NCBI GenBank assembly: GCA_964512505.1 | Contig: CAZEHH010000003.1 | Coordinates: forward strand, 1 to 59,295 | Origin: an uncultured Peptostreptococcaceae bacterium | GTDB taxonomy: Bacteria > Bacillota > Clostridia > Peptostreptococcales > BM714 | DNA length: 59,295 nucleotides | Reading direction: 5' to 3' | Part shown: positions 31,701 through 40,960 of the stretch, one piece after another | Layout of the letters: the number at the start of each line of letters is the position of its first letter | Position numbering within the stretch: position 1 is the first letter of the stretch | Translations under genes and position numbers: made by a program | The notes under the pieces: generated by a model | Database searches by the model: none | Told to the model about the DNA's origin: nothing | The model's input: only the letters and a program-made list of their open reading frames with translations

Positions 31701-31886
31701 GATCTCCTGGGGTCCCACTCCTGAATAGTTTGTGATTACAAGGGCAACCGGCACTTCAATATCCGGATACAAGTCTATCGAAAGTTTGCTTAGTGACACA
31801 AATCCGAGAGACACCACAATAAGCATCATCATTATTACGGATACAGGCCTTCTTACGGATAAATTCGATATTCTCATCCTATTCAC
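28755..31886 (-). CDS. RND-family efflux transporter permease (AcrB/HAE-type)
   Basis: 1043 aa with a 12-TM, two-large-loop architecture and typical RND sequence throughout. Confidence 0.92.
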   Translation of the reverse strand: MNRMRISNLSVRRPVSVIMMMLIVVSLGFVSLSKLSIDLYPDIEVPVALVITNYSGVGPQEIESLVTVPVEESMATVNNVDRISSSSSEGSSVVVLEFDYGADMDAGTMQMREKLDLIRDFLPSDASSPFVFKIDPNAMPIIISGLSSDRGIGEIQDIAENKLKSRLERIEGVASVDISGGYEDMVRILVNPLELDKYGLSMTGLSNSLKMENLNLPGGSVKKGDKNLLVRSIGEFESVKEISDTPIVLANGGRIQLSDVAEVSLIPKEITRINELDGKQSVSINVFKQSGYNTVDVADKVNAELAKLEKEVDGVKIENVFDQSTYIKKSIQNVSKSGLIGGALAILVLYLFLRNIRSTFIIGISIPVSIIATFSLIFFSGITLNLMTLGGLALGMGMLVDNSIVVLENIYRFRQAGYSRIEAAKEGAGEVGMAVMASTLTTVAVFLPIVFVEGITSIIFRELALTITFALLSSLVIALTVVPMMSSKILRVTCSEKRKVKSRTKIFKMFDDTFSAVEGKYKILLEKAIGHKLLTIAVALVIFISSIFAVAQVGAEFLPSTDEGRISINVELPTGAKLEKTRNYVDEIEELINDIPELDTVFASIGGGNSFISSGSQSNAASLDLALVSLAERERSSKYVADDIRKRLSDIAGADIQVQAVSNQTGGPGMGSTPISIRIQGDELDVLEGISQDFIDILNSVQGTREVSSSFDEGLPEIQVKIKRDIASQYGITSYQIAQTVRDNLSGVSSTKYKVGGNEIDVMIEAVDYLKDDINNFRYLQIKSPMGISVPLEQIADIYETKGPVSISRIGQVRTVTVTSDIIGRDLASIVSDIEAQTDNYYLEDGYSFEIGGENEDLVESFKSLFLALILAVFLVYMILASQFESLLYPFIIMFTVPLAFSGGAFGLFFTGRTLSVPSVIGILMLAGIVVNNAIVLIDYVNILRRKGHDVVEAILMAGPTRLRPILMTSLTTILALMPIALGTGEGAEIQSPLATVVIGGLLLSTLLTLVLIPVVYLVMDGLSTRTKKWIKRGKHKEEPCGE

Positions 31887-32931
31887 CCCTTATGATTCGA
31901 ACAGAAACCATGTCCTTTACAAATTCCTGTCCGCTTACAATCACGTCGTCATCCTCTTTTATGCCGGAAACAATTTCGATATACTCTCCATTGTCAACAT
32001 CAACCTTGACCGTTTTGCGGACAGCCTTGCCTTCTTCAACAATATATACAAAATACTCGGTTCCTTCTTGTATGACCGCATCGATAGGTAGCATGAATAC
32101 ATCCTTGCTTTCGTCTATTGCGAAATATATTTGGGCAATCATTCCGGGTTTAAGCAAATCATTGTAATTGACAACCTGAATTTTCATCTTGTACAGGTTT
32201 GTCAAGGCATTCGGCACCGGATTGACAAGACTGACCTTGGCATCGAGCTTTTCATCTGATATTACCGGGATCATCAGCTGAACATTCTTGCCGACAAAAA
32301 CCTTGTTAATCAATTTTTCCGTTATATCCGCTTCAATTTGCAAAACGCTTATGTCGGTTATAACTGCAGAAGGCTGTCCTGAAACAGCAAGACCGTTTTT
32401 CTCAATATTCAAGGCAGACACTACACCGGATATCGGAGCTTTGACATAAGAATCGCTCATTTGGTTTTGAAGGGCTTTTATCTGTGTGTCTGAAACCGAC
32501 AATTGAGCCTGTTCATACTGCTGCCTGGAAACAGCTCCCTCCTCGTACAACTTTTTAATTCTGTCAAAATTGTTTTTCGCGGTTTCATATGCCAATAATG
32601 AATCCTTTATCGAAGAACTCAATGTCCCATTGTCAAGAGTGAAAAGCAAATCCCCTTTTTCCACATAGTCGCCCAATTCCACATTCAAACTCAAGACATC
32701 CGCAACCCCTGCAATTTTGGGGATGATTGAAATTTCATTCTCAGCCTTTAATTGTCCCGAAATAACAACATCCTGCGATATATTCCCCTTCATAGCCTTA
32801 GAAACTACAACCGGGATTGATTTTTCCTGTTCCGCTTCAATTGTTTCCTGATTGTTTCCACCGCAAGCAGTCAACGATGCAACTAATATGGTCAGAACAA
32901 TTGCTCCTGAAATCGTCCTATTTATTTTCAT
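31879..32931 (-). CDS. efflux RND periplasmic adaptor (membrane fusion protein) lipoprotein
   Basis: 350 aa. Lipobox SLTAC, followed by HlyD/biotinyl-lipoyl-like and beta-barrel regions. Confidence 0.88.
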   Translation of the reverse strand: MKINRTISGAIVLTILVASLTACGGNNQETIEAEQEKSIPVVVSKAMKGNISQDVVISGQLKAENEISIIPKIAGVADVLSLNVELGDYVEKGDLLFTLDNGTLSSSIKDSLLAYETAKNNFDRIKKLYEEGAVSRQQYEQAQLSVSDTQIKALQNQMSDSYVKAPISGVVSALNIEKNGLAVSGQPSAVITDISVLQIEADITEKLINKVFVGKNVQLMIPVISDEKLDAKVSLVNPVPNALTNLYKMKIQVVNYNDLLKPGMIAQIYFAIDESKDVFMLPIDAVIQEGTEYFVYIVEEGKAVRKTVKVDVDNGEYIEIVSGIKEDDDVIVSGQEFVKDMVSVRIIRGE

Positions 32932-33061
32932 GTACTTACCTCCGAATTAATTTCCGACCGACCGGTCAGTACTCTCATACTATTCCATGTATTGGCTTTT
33001 GTCAATCAAAAGGACACCTTTTCAGGTGTCCTTTTATCCATACTATGTTCATCGTCCTCTT

Positions 33062-34249
33062 TTACAAAATACCCAATTCTTTTCCGGCTTCTTCAAACGC
33101 TTTTACAGCCCTTTCAAGCTGGTCTTCCGTATGTGCGGCGGTAACCATGCATCTTACTCTTCCTGTACCCACCGGAACTGTCGGGAATACGATACCGGAA
33201 GCGAAAACACCCTTTTCCATGAGTCTTCTGGAAAATTCCATTGTCTTTGACTCGTCTCCGATTATTACCGGGGTGATCGGTGTCTGGCTGTTGCCGGTAT
33301 TGAAGCCAAGCTTTCCGAGCTTTTCCTTGAAAAACTTCGCGTTTGACCAAAGCTTGTCTGTATATTCAGTAGTTTCATTCAATATTTTAAAAGCCTCAAT
33401 AATTGCTCCGACTGCTGCAGGCGGCAACGATGTGCTGAACAATATGGGTCTTCCCCTATGGCTTAACCATTCTTTCATCGTATCGCTTCCCGCGACATAT
33501 CCTCCAATTACTCCAATCGCTTTGGAAAGGGTCCCAATGCTGAAGTCAATTCTTCCATGCATGTTGAAATGGTCGACTGTCCCTCTCCCATTCTCTCCAA
33601 GGACACCCGAACCGTGGGCATCATCAACATAAGTCATCGCCTCAAATTTCTCGGCCAATTCGACTATGCCCGGAAGGTTTGCCACGTCTCCGTCCATACT
33701 GAAGACTCCGTCGGTAATAACCAGTATGTTCTTGTATTTGTCCCTGTTGATTCTAAGAACCTCTTCCAGGCTGTCCATATCGCTGTGCTTGTAAATTGTT
33801 TTGTCGGCCCTTGAAAGACGGCTCCCGTCAATTATGCTCGCATGATTCAACTCATCCGATACTATCAGATCCCCTTTGCCTACAACTGCCTGTATGGTTC
33901 CGGCATTGCAATTGAAACCGGACTGATAAACCATTGCCGCCTCTTCCCTTTTGAATTCGGCTATAGCCTTCTCCATTTCCTCATGTATGTCCATGTTGCC
34001 GACAATAGTCCTTACGGCTCCTGAGCCCGCCCCATATTTTTCAACTGCTTCTATGGCAGCTTTCTTCAATCTTGGATGGCCGGCAAAACCTAAATAGTTG
34101 TTGGAAGACAAATTAATCGCGCTTTTCCCATTAATGATTATTTCCGGTCCGTTCTCCGTACTTAAAACTGGCAACTTTCTGTATACTCCCTGGTCCTTGA
34201 GTTCCTGTATTTTCTCCTTAAGAAATCCCAACTCGTGTACGTTGCTCAT
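33062..34249 (-). CDS. kbl: glycine C-acetyltransferase (2-amino-3-ketobutyrate CoA ligase); start at the ATG after AGGAGG (the track ORF extends to 34276)
   Basis: Alpha-oxoamine synthase family: [18 protein letters not shown], and TLSKA carrying the PLP lysine. Assignment to Kbl rather than BioF rests on overall sequence resemblance. Confidence 0.8.
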   Translation of the reverse strand: MSNVHELGFLKEKIQELKDQGVYRKLPVLSTENGPEIIINGKSAINLSSNNYLGFAGHPRLKKAAIEAVEKYGAGSGAVRTIVGNMDIHEEMEKAIAEFKREEAAMVYQSGFNCNAGTIQAVVGKGDLIVSDELNHASIIDGSRLSRADKTIYKHSDMDSLEEVLRINRDKYKNILVITDGVFSMDGDVANLPGIVELAEKFEAMTYVDDAHGSGVLGENGRGTVDHFNMHGRIDFSIGTLSKAIGVIGGYVAGSDTMKEWLSHRGRPILFSTSLPPAAVGAIIEAFKILNETTEYTDKLWSNAKFFKEKLGKLGFNTGNSQTPITPVIIGDESKTMEFSRRLMEKGVFASGIVFPTVPVGTGRVRCMVTAAHTEDQLERAVKAFEEAGKELGIL

Positions 34250-34332
34250 ATGCCCCTCCTTTATGTATTTGTTCACCCAGCTGACACACTTTAGTCATTA
34301 TAGCCTTTTATGTTAATATACCACATACACTT

Positions 34333-35445
34333 TCAGTTTTCATCACAATAATGACTAATTAGTTCATTCATTTCATTCACCCGCAATTCGTCATTTTCAA
34401 CAAGCAGCCTTTTTCTTATCCATTCACTTGCCCTTGTCCTGTCGATTCTTAACATGGCCCACCATGAACAGGCAGCCAGCATGTCCGAACTGGAATAAGC
34501 AAATTCCAATGCCGCTTGGTAAGGTATGTCGTCGCAAGTACCACTGAATTTGTTTCCGAGCAATATGAGAAGATTTCTCCTATGTATGGAATTTCCTCTC
34601 CACGCGAATGCCTTTTTGCCGTACTTTTCAATAAATCTTTTTTTGCCGAGTTTCAAATCTTCATATATGTTCATCCGGCTCGCTTGCGGTTTTGCTTCTC
34701 TTTTATTGTAAGGACAGACTTCCTGGCAGATGTCACAGCCATAGGCTCCCCTCATTATCTTTTCACGCATATCATACGGAATCTTTTTTTTGGATTGCAA
34801 TCTTTCGGAAAGACACACTTTGCTGTCTATTCTGTATCCATGCTTTATTGCCCCATTAGGGCAGGATTTCAAACACAATTCGCATTCTCCGCATCCATCC
34901 ATTTTCGTCATGTTGCAGTAGTCACCTTCATCAAAATTTTTTTTCATGAAAAGCGAGCCGATTGTGAATGAAGAACCCAATTCCGCGTTAATAAGAAGAC
35001 AGTTCTTTCCATACCATCCCAGACCGGCACAGTATGCCAAATACCTGTCAACCATCGGTCCATTGTCTATATGTATTCTGTAATCATCTGATGCAAGTTC
35101 CAGGCTCTCGGCCAATTCTTTCAATGTTTTGCTGTTTTTAATGTGATAATCCAAGCCTTCCGCAAAAGAAGCGACGCCATAGGAGTCGCTTCTTTTAACA
35201 TCGCTTCTCATTTCGTAAGGAAAAAGAACCACCAATATGCCGCATGTCCCCGACAGTATTGCACTCGCATCAATGCGTCTGTTTAAATCGTTTTCTGCAA
35301 ATTCCGAATAACCGTCGCGGCATATTTGATTCTCCAACAGCTTTTTTCCATATTGGATTATTTCGGGTCTTATCAAACCGTAATGGCTTATATCTTTTTC
35401 TTTCATAAACTCACGTATCCGATTCATGGAAACCCCCAAGTTCAT
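34333..35445 (-). CDS. queG: tRNA epoxyqueuosine(34) reductase QueG (alternative start at 35427)
   Basis: 370 aa. Two ferredoxin-type clusters (CGECELCLKSCP, CDICQEVCP) and a C-terminal HEAT-like region. Confidence 0.85.
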   Translation of the reverse strand: MNLGVSMNRIREFMKEKDISHYGLIRPEIIQYGKKLLENQICRDGYSEFAENDLNRRIDASAILSGTCGILVVLFPYEMRSDVKRSDSYGVASFAEGLDYHIKNSKTLKELAESLELASDDYRIHIDNGPMVDRYLAYCAGLGWYGKNCLLINAELGSSFTIGSLFMKKNFDEGDYCNMTKMDGCGECELCLKSCPNGAIKHGYRIDSKVCLSERLQSKKKIPYDMREKIMRGAYGCDICQEVCPYNKREAKPQASRMNIYEDLKLGKKRFIEKYGKKAFAWRGNSIHRRNLLILLGNKFSGTCDDIPYQAALEFAYSSSDMLAACSWWAMLRIDRTRASEWIRKRLLVENDELRVNEMNELISHYCDEN

Positions 35446-35455
35446 TTAAAAACTC

Positions 35456-36022
35456 CTATTTGGGAAAAGCAAGTGTGGATATTGAATAACGTCTTGTTTC
35501 TCCGTATCCGTTTTCCTTTCTTTCGTCAATGAAATTTTTTATGTAGCGTTGGACCTGTTCATGCAACAATCCGGCTTCTTCTTTTGTCAAATAGCAATCG
35601 TTGTGCTTTATCAAAAATGTTTCATCGTTCAAAATATTTTCGTTTTCAATTGCTTTGTAGAATTCTTTGGATACACCCTCGAATATGCCCATGCAGCTTG
35701 CATCCAATGACTCACCCAAGCAATCCTCGTCTCTGTTCAATATATTCCTGTCCACAATGAAAACTTTTGCTGACGGCTTATAGAATTTTTCAACTATTCC
35801 AAGCCTGACTTTCTCTTCCACCAGTTCAAGAACCCCTACATTCAACAACTCCTTGATATGATAATTCACTTTTGCATGGGGCTCTCCCATTTTATCGGCG
35901 ATCGTCTTTGCCGTGGCAAGGTCTCCATCAAAGGCTTTTATGACTTGAATTCTGTAGGAATTGGATACCGCTTTGATCTGTTCGAGTTCATGCAGTACTA
36001 TCACTTCTTTCATTCCCATCAT
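35456..36022 (-). CDS. ArsR-family winged-helix transcriptional regulator with C-terminal extension
   Basis: 188 aa. The N-terminal wHTH reads TAKTIADKMGEPHAKVNYHIKELLNVGVLELV. Confidence 0.7.
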   Translation of the reverse strand: MMGMKEVIVLHELEQIKAVSNSYRIQVIKAFDGDLATAKTIADKMGEPHAKVNYHIKELLNVGVLELVEEKVRLGIVEKFYKPSAKVFIVDRNILNRDEDCLGESLDASCMGIFEGVSKEFYKAIENENILNDETFLIKHNDCYLTKEEAGLLHEQVQRYIKNFIDERKENGYGETRRYSISTLAFPK

Positions 36023-36029
36023 TCTCCTT

Positions 36030-37682
36030 TTAAATGATTTCCATTATGAAATATGTTATATCGTCTTCAAACCTGCCTCCGTTTTCTTCCATTTTTTCCG
36101 CAATGTACCTGTCAACAGTCTCCAGGTCCTTATGGCGATTGGATTCCATCAAGTCTATCAAGTCATCCTGTCCAAAAACGCCATTTTTCTTTTGGTCAAC
36201 CAATCCGTCAGTATAAAATACGATCCTGTCCCCCTTGTGAAGATTTATGCTGCTGCTGTAATACTCAGGCGTATAGAAATCGCTGCATTGACAGATCGGA
36301 AACCCTTTGCTTTTATCAAGGAACGCGTGACCTCCCTCTTTCTTTATCAAAATCGGAAAGCAGTTCATACCTCCCGAACTGTAAGTCAACACCTTGCTCT
36401 TGAAATTATATGTCGCGAAGAATATTACCATATGCATGGCGGGAGGAAAACTCATTTTGTTGAATGATTCATAAAAATGGGTCAGATTTCTATGCGGCTT
36501 AAGCCCCCTGTATCTGTTTATGAGCCTTTCTGTCGATTTGACCGTATTTATGCAAAACATTGTCATTAGAGCCGCAGAAACTCCATGTCCCGAAACATCC
36601 AATATATACATGCCTACGTTTTCATCGTCCACTTTGAATATGTCGAAATAGTCGCCGCTCAAATTCTCACATGGCATATATCTTGATACAAACCTTGTAT
36701 CTCTGATAATCAAGTCTCTTTTGGGAAGCAATGATTGCTGGATGTCTCTTGCATACTTTATTTCCTTCATTATGTTCTTGTTTGCTTCATTAATCTTTTG
36801 AGTTTTCTTGTCTATGACATTCTCCAGATCGGAAGCATATTTTTTTATGCGTTCCTGAGCTTCCATCATTTGCACCCATGGCGAATTTATATTGTAGCTG
36901 AACAAAGCCTTGAACATAAACAAAAGGGCAATTATCTTTATGATGTTGGCATAAATGCTTACAACCCCGTAGTTTTGCCCTCTGACAACAAAAATAACTT
37001 CATTGAAAAAAAACATCAATATTCCAAATGCAAATATTATGAAAAACCAGTTTTTCAATTTCACTCCCGTTTTAGTGAAATTATAGGCCGTAATTATTTG
37101 AATGGCAATTATGATGATTCCGACAAAAACAAATCTTGACCTTGAATCCACAACTGCCGCACCAGAATGAATCAGAAAGAATACCGCTATAAGCATTGCC
37201 AGCAAAGCACTATTTAAAACATATATTTTTTTAGTTGATTTCCTTTTTAAAGGCAGAAACGATGTAATTGCCATGAATATGAAAAAAAGCAGCTTTCCGA
37301 ATATCCAATATGTAATGCTTGAATACGGAGAAGAGTTCTCAAACAAGCCTGTTGATCCGGCATATGAAACAACATGGAAAAAATCCATGACGGCCATAGA
37401 AAGAAACCCGGAATAAACGTAAACAAGCCTGATTCTTCTCATTTGCAAGAATGAATAATAAGCATTTGCACAAATCATCAATGAAATCGCTATCCCCAAA
37501 AATTCCAAAACAAGATACCATGTCAACAAAGTATCCTGGTTCATTTGTCCAAACAGGCTTTCACCCATACCTATCCTCATCAGCATAAGTTTATATGAAT
37601 TTATTAGAATTGCGAAGAATACAGCATACGCGACTATCATGCGATTTTCGAATTTGACGCCCTTAAAACCGCTTTTATCCAT
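36030..37682 (-). CDS. membrane-anchored PP2C/SpoIIE-family serine phosphatase
   Basis: 550 aa. About eight N-terminal TM segments, a coiled-coil linker, and a PPM domain (SGDYFDIF, LDVSGHGVSAALM, FYTDGL). Confidence 0.85.
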   Translation of the reverse strand: MDKSGFKGVKFENRMIVAYAVFFAILINSYKLMLMRIGMGESLFGQMNQDTLLTWYLVLEFLGIAISLMICANAYYSFLQMRRIRLVYVYSGFLSMAVMDFFHVVSYAGSTGLFENSSPYSSITYWIFGKLLFFIFMAITSFLPLKRKSTKKIYVLNSALLAMLIAVFFLIHSGAAVVDSRSRFVFVGIIIIAIQIITAYNFTKTGVKLKNWFFIIFAFGILMFFFNEVIFVVRGQNYGVVSIYANIIKIIALLFMFKALFSYNINSPWVQMMEAQERIKKYASDLENVIDKKTQKINEANKNIMKEIKYARDIQQSLLPKRDLIIRDTRFVSRYMPCENLSGDYFDIFKVDDENVGMYILDVSGHGVSAALMTMFCINTVKSTERLINRYRGLKPHRNLTHFYESFNKMSFPPAMHMVIFFATYNFKSKVLTYSSGGMNCFPILIKKEGGHAFLDKSKGFPICQCSDFYTPEYYSSSINLHKGDRIVFYTDGLVDQKKNGVFGQDDLIDLMESNRHKDLETVDRYIAEKMEENGGRFEDDITYFIMEII

Positions 37683-37702
37683 AACCTACCCCTTCTTATC
37701 TT

Positions 37703-39352
37703 CTAAATATGGCAACTTCCCCCAATGAATTCCCTTAGAATAGAATTTTTCAAAATATGGCACTCGTTGTCTATGGAGATGAAATTACTCAACAATTTCA
37801 ACAGTCTGCGGGCTTCCGCATATTCCCTTTTGCTGTCGTCAATTTCCCTTAGAAGCGGTTCGACATGTTTCTTGAGTACTGCCAGTTCATATGCCAATGC
37901 AGAATTGAACATTATGTCGGCATCTTCTTGAAACGGGAATATGTTGTTCTCTTCTCCGTCTCTCACATTTTTCCACATGGCAATGGTCTTGACCGCATCG
38001 TGCCCCCTGTAGCTGCTGTCGCGGACTATTCGCCGAATCAGCCTTGCATCCGTAGTCCTCACCCTGTTGTGGTTGTCGATATTCAACTGCGTCAAAGCGC
38101 TTATATATATTTTAAAAACTTTATCGTTCGGTATGTCGGGTAAAAGCAAGCCGTTCAATCCGTGTATTCCTTCAACAATGATAGGTTGATTCTCCCCAAT
38201 TTTCAATTCCTTGTTCGGATACTGCCTTTTCCCGCTCATGAAATCAAATTTGGGCAACCTTACGAATTCTCCATTCAACAATTTTTTCAAATCAGCATTG
38301 AAGCCTTTGATATCCAATGCATCGATGGATTCAAAGTCGTATGAGCCGTCGGCTTTTTTTGGAGTTTTCTCACGGTCAACAAAATAGTCGTCAGTCGATA
38401 GCGTAATCGGTTTCAATCCCAATACCCTAAGCTGAATATAAAGTCTTTCGGCAAAAGTGGTCTTGCCTGAAGAAGACGGTCCGGCAATCATTATGACGCG
38501 GGCATTTCTGCCGTCTATTGTATCGGCTATGTTCGCTATTTTTTTCTCATGCAATGCTTCAGAAATATGAATTATTTCACCGCTTTTGCCGTTTTTTATC
38601 ATTCCATTCAGGTTTGCCACATTCGCTATTTCCAGTATGTCTCCCCATGCTTCAGTTTCGTCAAATATAGCCGCCAATTTGTCATGGTCTCCAAACGCTG
38701 TCATCACTGACGGATCATCCCTGTCCGGCAATTGGAGCACAAGACCTTTTCTATATTTAAACAAATCGAAAAGTTCAAGATACCCTGTATCTGGAACCAT
38801 ATATCCGTAAAAATAATCCAAAAGCCAACCGCATTTATAAACGCTGACTTCATTTTCAAGAGAATACTCGAAAAGTTCCTTTTTGTCATTCATTCCGTTG
38901 TTTTTAAACAGATTCACAGCTTCGCTTTTAGTTATTACGGAAAGGGTGAAAGGCTCTTTGCCATCTACTATTTCCCTCATTCTGATTTTAATTTTTTCTA
39001 TTGTGGATTCATCCAAAGTCTCTTTTGTCTTTATCTCGCAGTATATTCCTTTGCCCAAAGAATGCTCAATGAAAACCTTGGCGTCATCGACTATTTCCCT
39101 TGCCGCCCTTATGAAAACAAAACTTAGGCTCCGTTGGTATACCTTTTGTCCGTCGGAATCCCGCAAGTCAGCAAATTCCACATTGGAATCATGATTGATT
39201 GGATAATTAAGATCCCTAAAATGATTATTGACTCTTGCAGCAAGCGGTTTGTAATCAAAATAACCCAAATGCGGTATCATTTCAATCAATTTGGTTCCTT
39301 CTTCAAATTCATGCATCTCGCCATTGAAATAAACCTTTACCGTATTCATCAA
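37703..39352 (-). CDS. uridine-kinase/PRK-family nucleoside kinase with N-terminal TGS-like and ThrRS-like domains
   Basis: 549 aa with a central P-loop AGPSSSGKTTFAERL and STDDYF. The N-terminal beta-grasp-like MMNTVKVYFNGEMHEFEEGTKLIE is also present. Confidence 0.75.
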   Translation of the reverse strand: MMNTVKVYFNGEMHEFEEGTKLIEMIPHLGYFDYKPLAARVNNHFRDLNYPINHDSNVEFADLRDSDGQKVYQRSLSFVFIRAAREIVDDAKVFIEHSLGKGIYCEIKTKETLDESTIEKIKIRMREIVDGKEPFTLSVITKSEAVNLFKNNGMNDKKELFEYSLENEVSVYKCGWLLDYFYGYMVPDTGYLELFDLFKYRKGLVLQLPDRDDPSVMTAFGDHDKLAAIFDETEAWGDILEIANVANLNGMIKNGKSGEIIHISEALHEKKIANIADTIDGRNARVIMIAGPSSSGKTTFAERLYIQLRVLGLKPITLSTDDYFVDREKTPKKADGSYDFESIDALDIKGFNADLKKLLNGEFVRLPKFDFMSGKRQYPNKELKIGENQPIIVEGIHGLNGLLLPDIPNDKVFKIYISALTQLNIDNHNRVRTTDARLIRRIVRDSSYRGHDAVKTIAMWKNVRDGEENNIFPFQEDADIMFNSALAYELAVLKKHVEPLLREIDDSKREYAEARRLLKLLSNFISIDNECHILKNSILREFIGGSCHI

Positions 39353-39361
39353 GAACCTCCC

Positions 39362-39883
39362 TTAATCAACACTGCCAATTTCGTCGAATGGAAAAAGCCT
39401 AACAATGACCTTTCCACGAATCATCCCGAGGTTGACAGGTCCAACCCTCGAATCCCTGCTGTCCAAACTCTTTTCTCGATTGTCACCCATAACAAAAATC
39501 TTTTCATCAGGCACTGTTATGTCCAAGTCTCCTCTTGTGAAGCTGCCGTTGATATATGATTCGTCAAGCTCCACGTCATTTACATAAACCCTGCCGCTGT
39601 CAATTTTCAAATGGTCGCCCGGAACCGCTATGACCCTTTTGATCAGGTCTTTTTCTCTTCCGTCATCTGTCAGCAGATGTGATTTGAAAACCACTATGTC
39701 TCCTCTGGATGGTTCCCCCAAGGTATACGGGATTTTGTTTATAACCAGATAATTGTTCGGCTCAAGAGTCGGATACATTGAGTATCCCTTTACAAGTGTG
39801 GGCCTTACAAAAAGCGTTATTATAAATGCAATGGCTACCGACAACAATATTGTCTTGACCCATTCCATAATTTCATGTGCCAT
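39362..39883 (-). CDS. lepB: signal peptidase I
   Basis: 173 aa. An N-terminal TM, the GYSMYPTL Ser box, KRVIAVPGD, and GDNREKSLDSR. Confidence 0.93.
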   Translation of the reverse strand: MAHEIMEWVKTILLSVAIAFIITLFVRPTLVKGYSMYPTLEPNNYLVINKIPYTLGEPSRGDIVVFKSHLLTDDGREKDLIKRVIAVPGDHLKIDSGRVYVNDVELDESYINGSFTRGDLDITVPDEKIFVMGDNREKSLDSRDSRVGPVNLGMIRGKVIVRLFPFDEIGSVD

Positions 39884-40801
39884 TTATTTGTTTCCTTTCT
39901 TTTTCTCCAGTTTTTTTATAAAAGAATTAAGTTCCTTGTTTTCACATTCAAATGTCTGATCTTCAACTATCATTTTGTAGGCATGGAGCAGCTGTGTCGA
40001 AACTCCGTATTTTTTTGAACCTCCGTATTTAGTGTCTCCTACTATAGGATGTCCTATCGATGCCATGGAAACCCTTATTTGATGGGCCCTTCCTGTGAGT
40101 AGTTCTATTTCCATAAGCGTATATCCTTCAAATCCTTTTAGCGGCTTGTATTTCGTATGGACTTTTTTTGCGTCCGGATTCCGCCTATCCGAAGTCAAAG
40201 CAACCCTGTTTCTGGAGTTGTCCTTTTCCAAATACCCGACAACTTCACCGGAAGAGGGGACTTGGCCCTCTACAACAGCAAGGTAGTATTTTCTAAAGGC
40301 TCTTTTTCTCATCAACGCATTGTATTTTTTCATTGCGTCATAAGTTTTTCCGAAAAGGACTATTCCGCTTGTGTTCTTGTCAAGCCTTTGAACAGGAGCC
40401 GGTTTGAAAGTTCTTGAACAGCATTCTTCAAGGTAGACAATAACCTTGCTTGACAAAGTGTTTGCATATTCCTTGCTGTCCGGATGCGTCAGAAGTCCTC
40501 TCGGTTTATTCAAAACCAATATGTTTTCATCCTCATAAACAATATCAAGCCCGGAAGAAACTGCGTCGCTTTTTTTCTCTTTTACTACAAACGAATTCAA
40601 CGTTTCCTCGGCTAAAAATATTTGTATTGAGTCTCCTTCCTTTATGAATTCCTCGGGTTTCGCCTTTCTTCCGTTAAGTTTTATCACTTTTTTCCTTAAA
40701 AGTTTATATATATTGCCTCTTGTCGTGTTTTTAAACAATTTAAGCAAAAAACGGTCTATCCTTTGGTCTCTTTCATCTTCCTGAACAATTATTTCCTTCA
40801 A
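39884..40801 (-). CDS. RluA-family 23S rRNA pseudouridine synthase (RluC/RluD-like) with S4 domain
   Basis: 305 aa with the catalytic VQRLDKNTSGIVLF and HQIRVSM. Confidence 0.9.
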   Translation of the reverse strand: MKEIIVQEDERDQRIDRFLLKLFKNTTRGNIYKLLRKKVIKLNGRKAKPEEFIKEGDSIQIFLAEETLNSFVVKEKKSDAVSSGLDIVYEDENILVLNKPRGLLTHPDSKEYANTLSSKVIVYLEECCSRTFKPAPVQRLDKNTSGIVLFGKTYDAMKKYNALMRKRAFRKYYLAVVEGQVPSSGEVVGYLEKDNSRNRVALTSDRRNPDAKKVHTKYKPLKGFEGYTLMEIELLTGRAHQIRVSMASIGHPIVGDTKYGGSKKYGVSTQLLHAYKMIVEDQTFECENKELNSFIKKLEKKKGNK

Positions 40802-40960
40802 TTCAGCACATCCTCTTTTTATGAGTTTCTTTCTTCTATAGTATAATATTTTTTTTATATAAAAAATACTTTAATAATAATTTTTTATTACAATTGATGG
40901 ACAGCTATGTATAAGAAGCGGCAACTATGTTATTCTAATTTTTGAAAGGCGGTAGAATAC

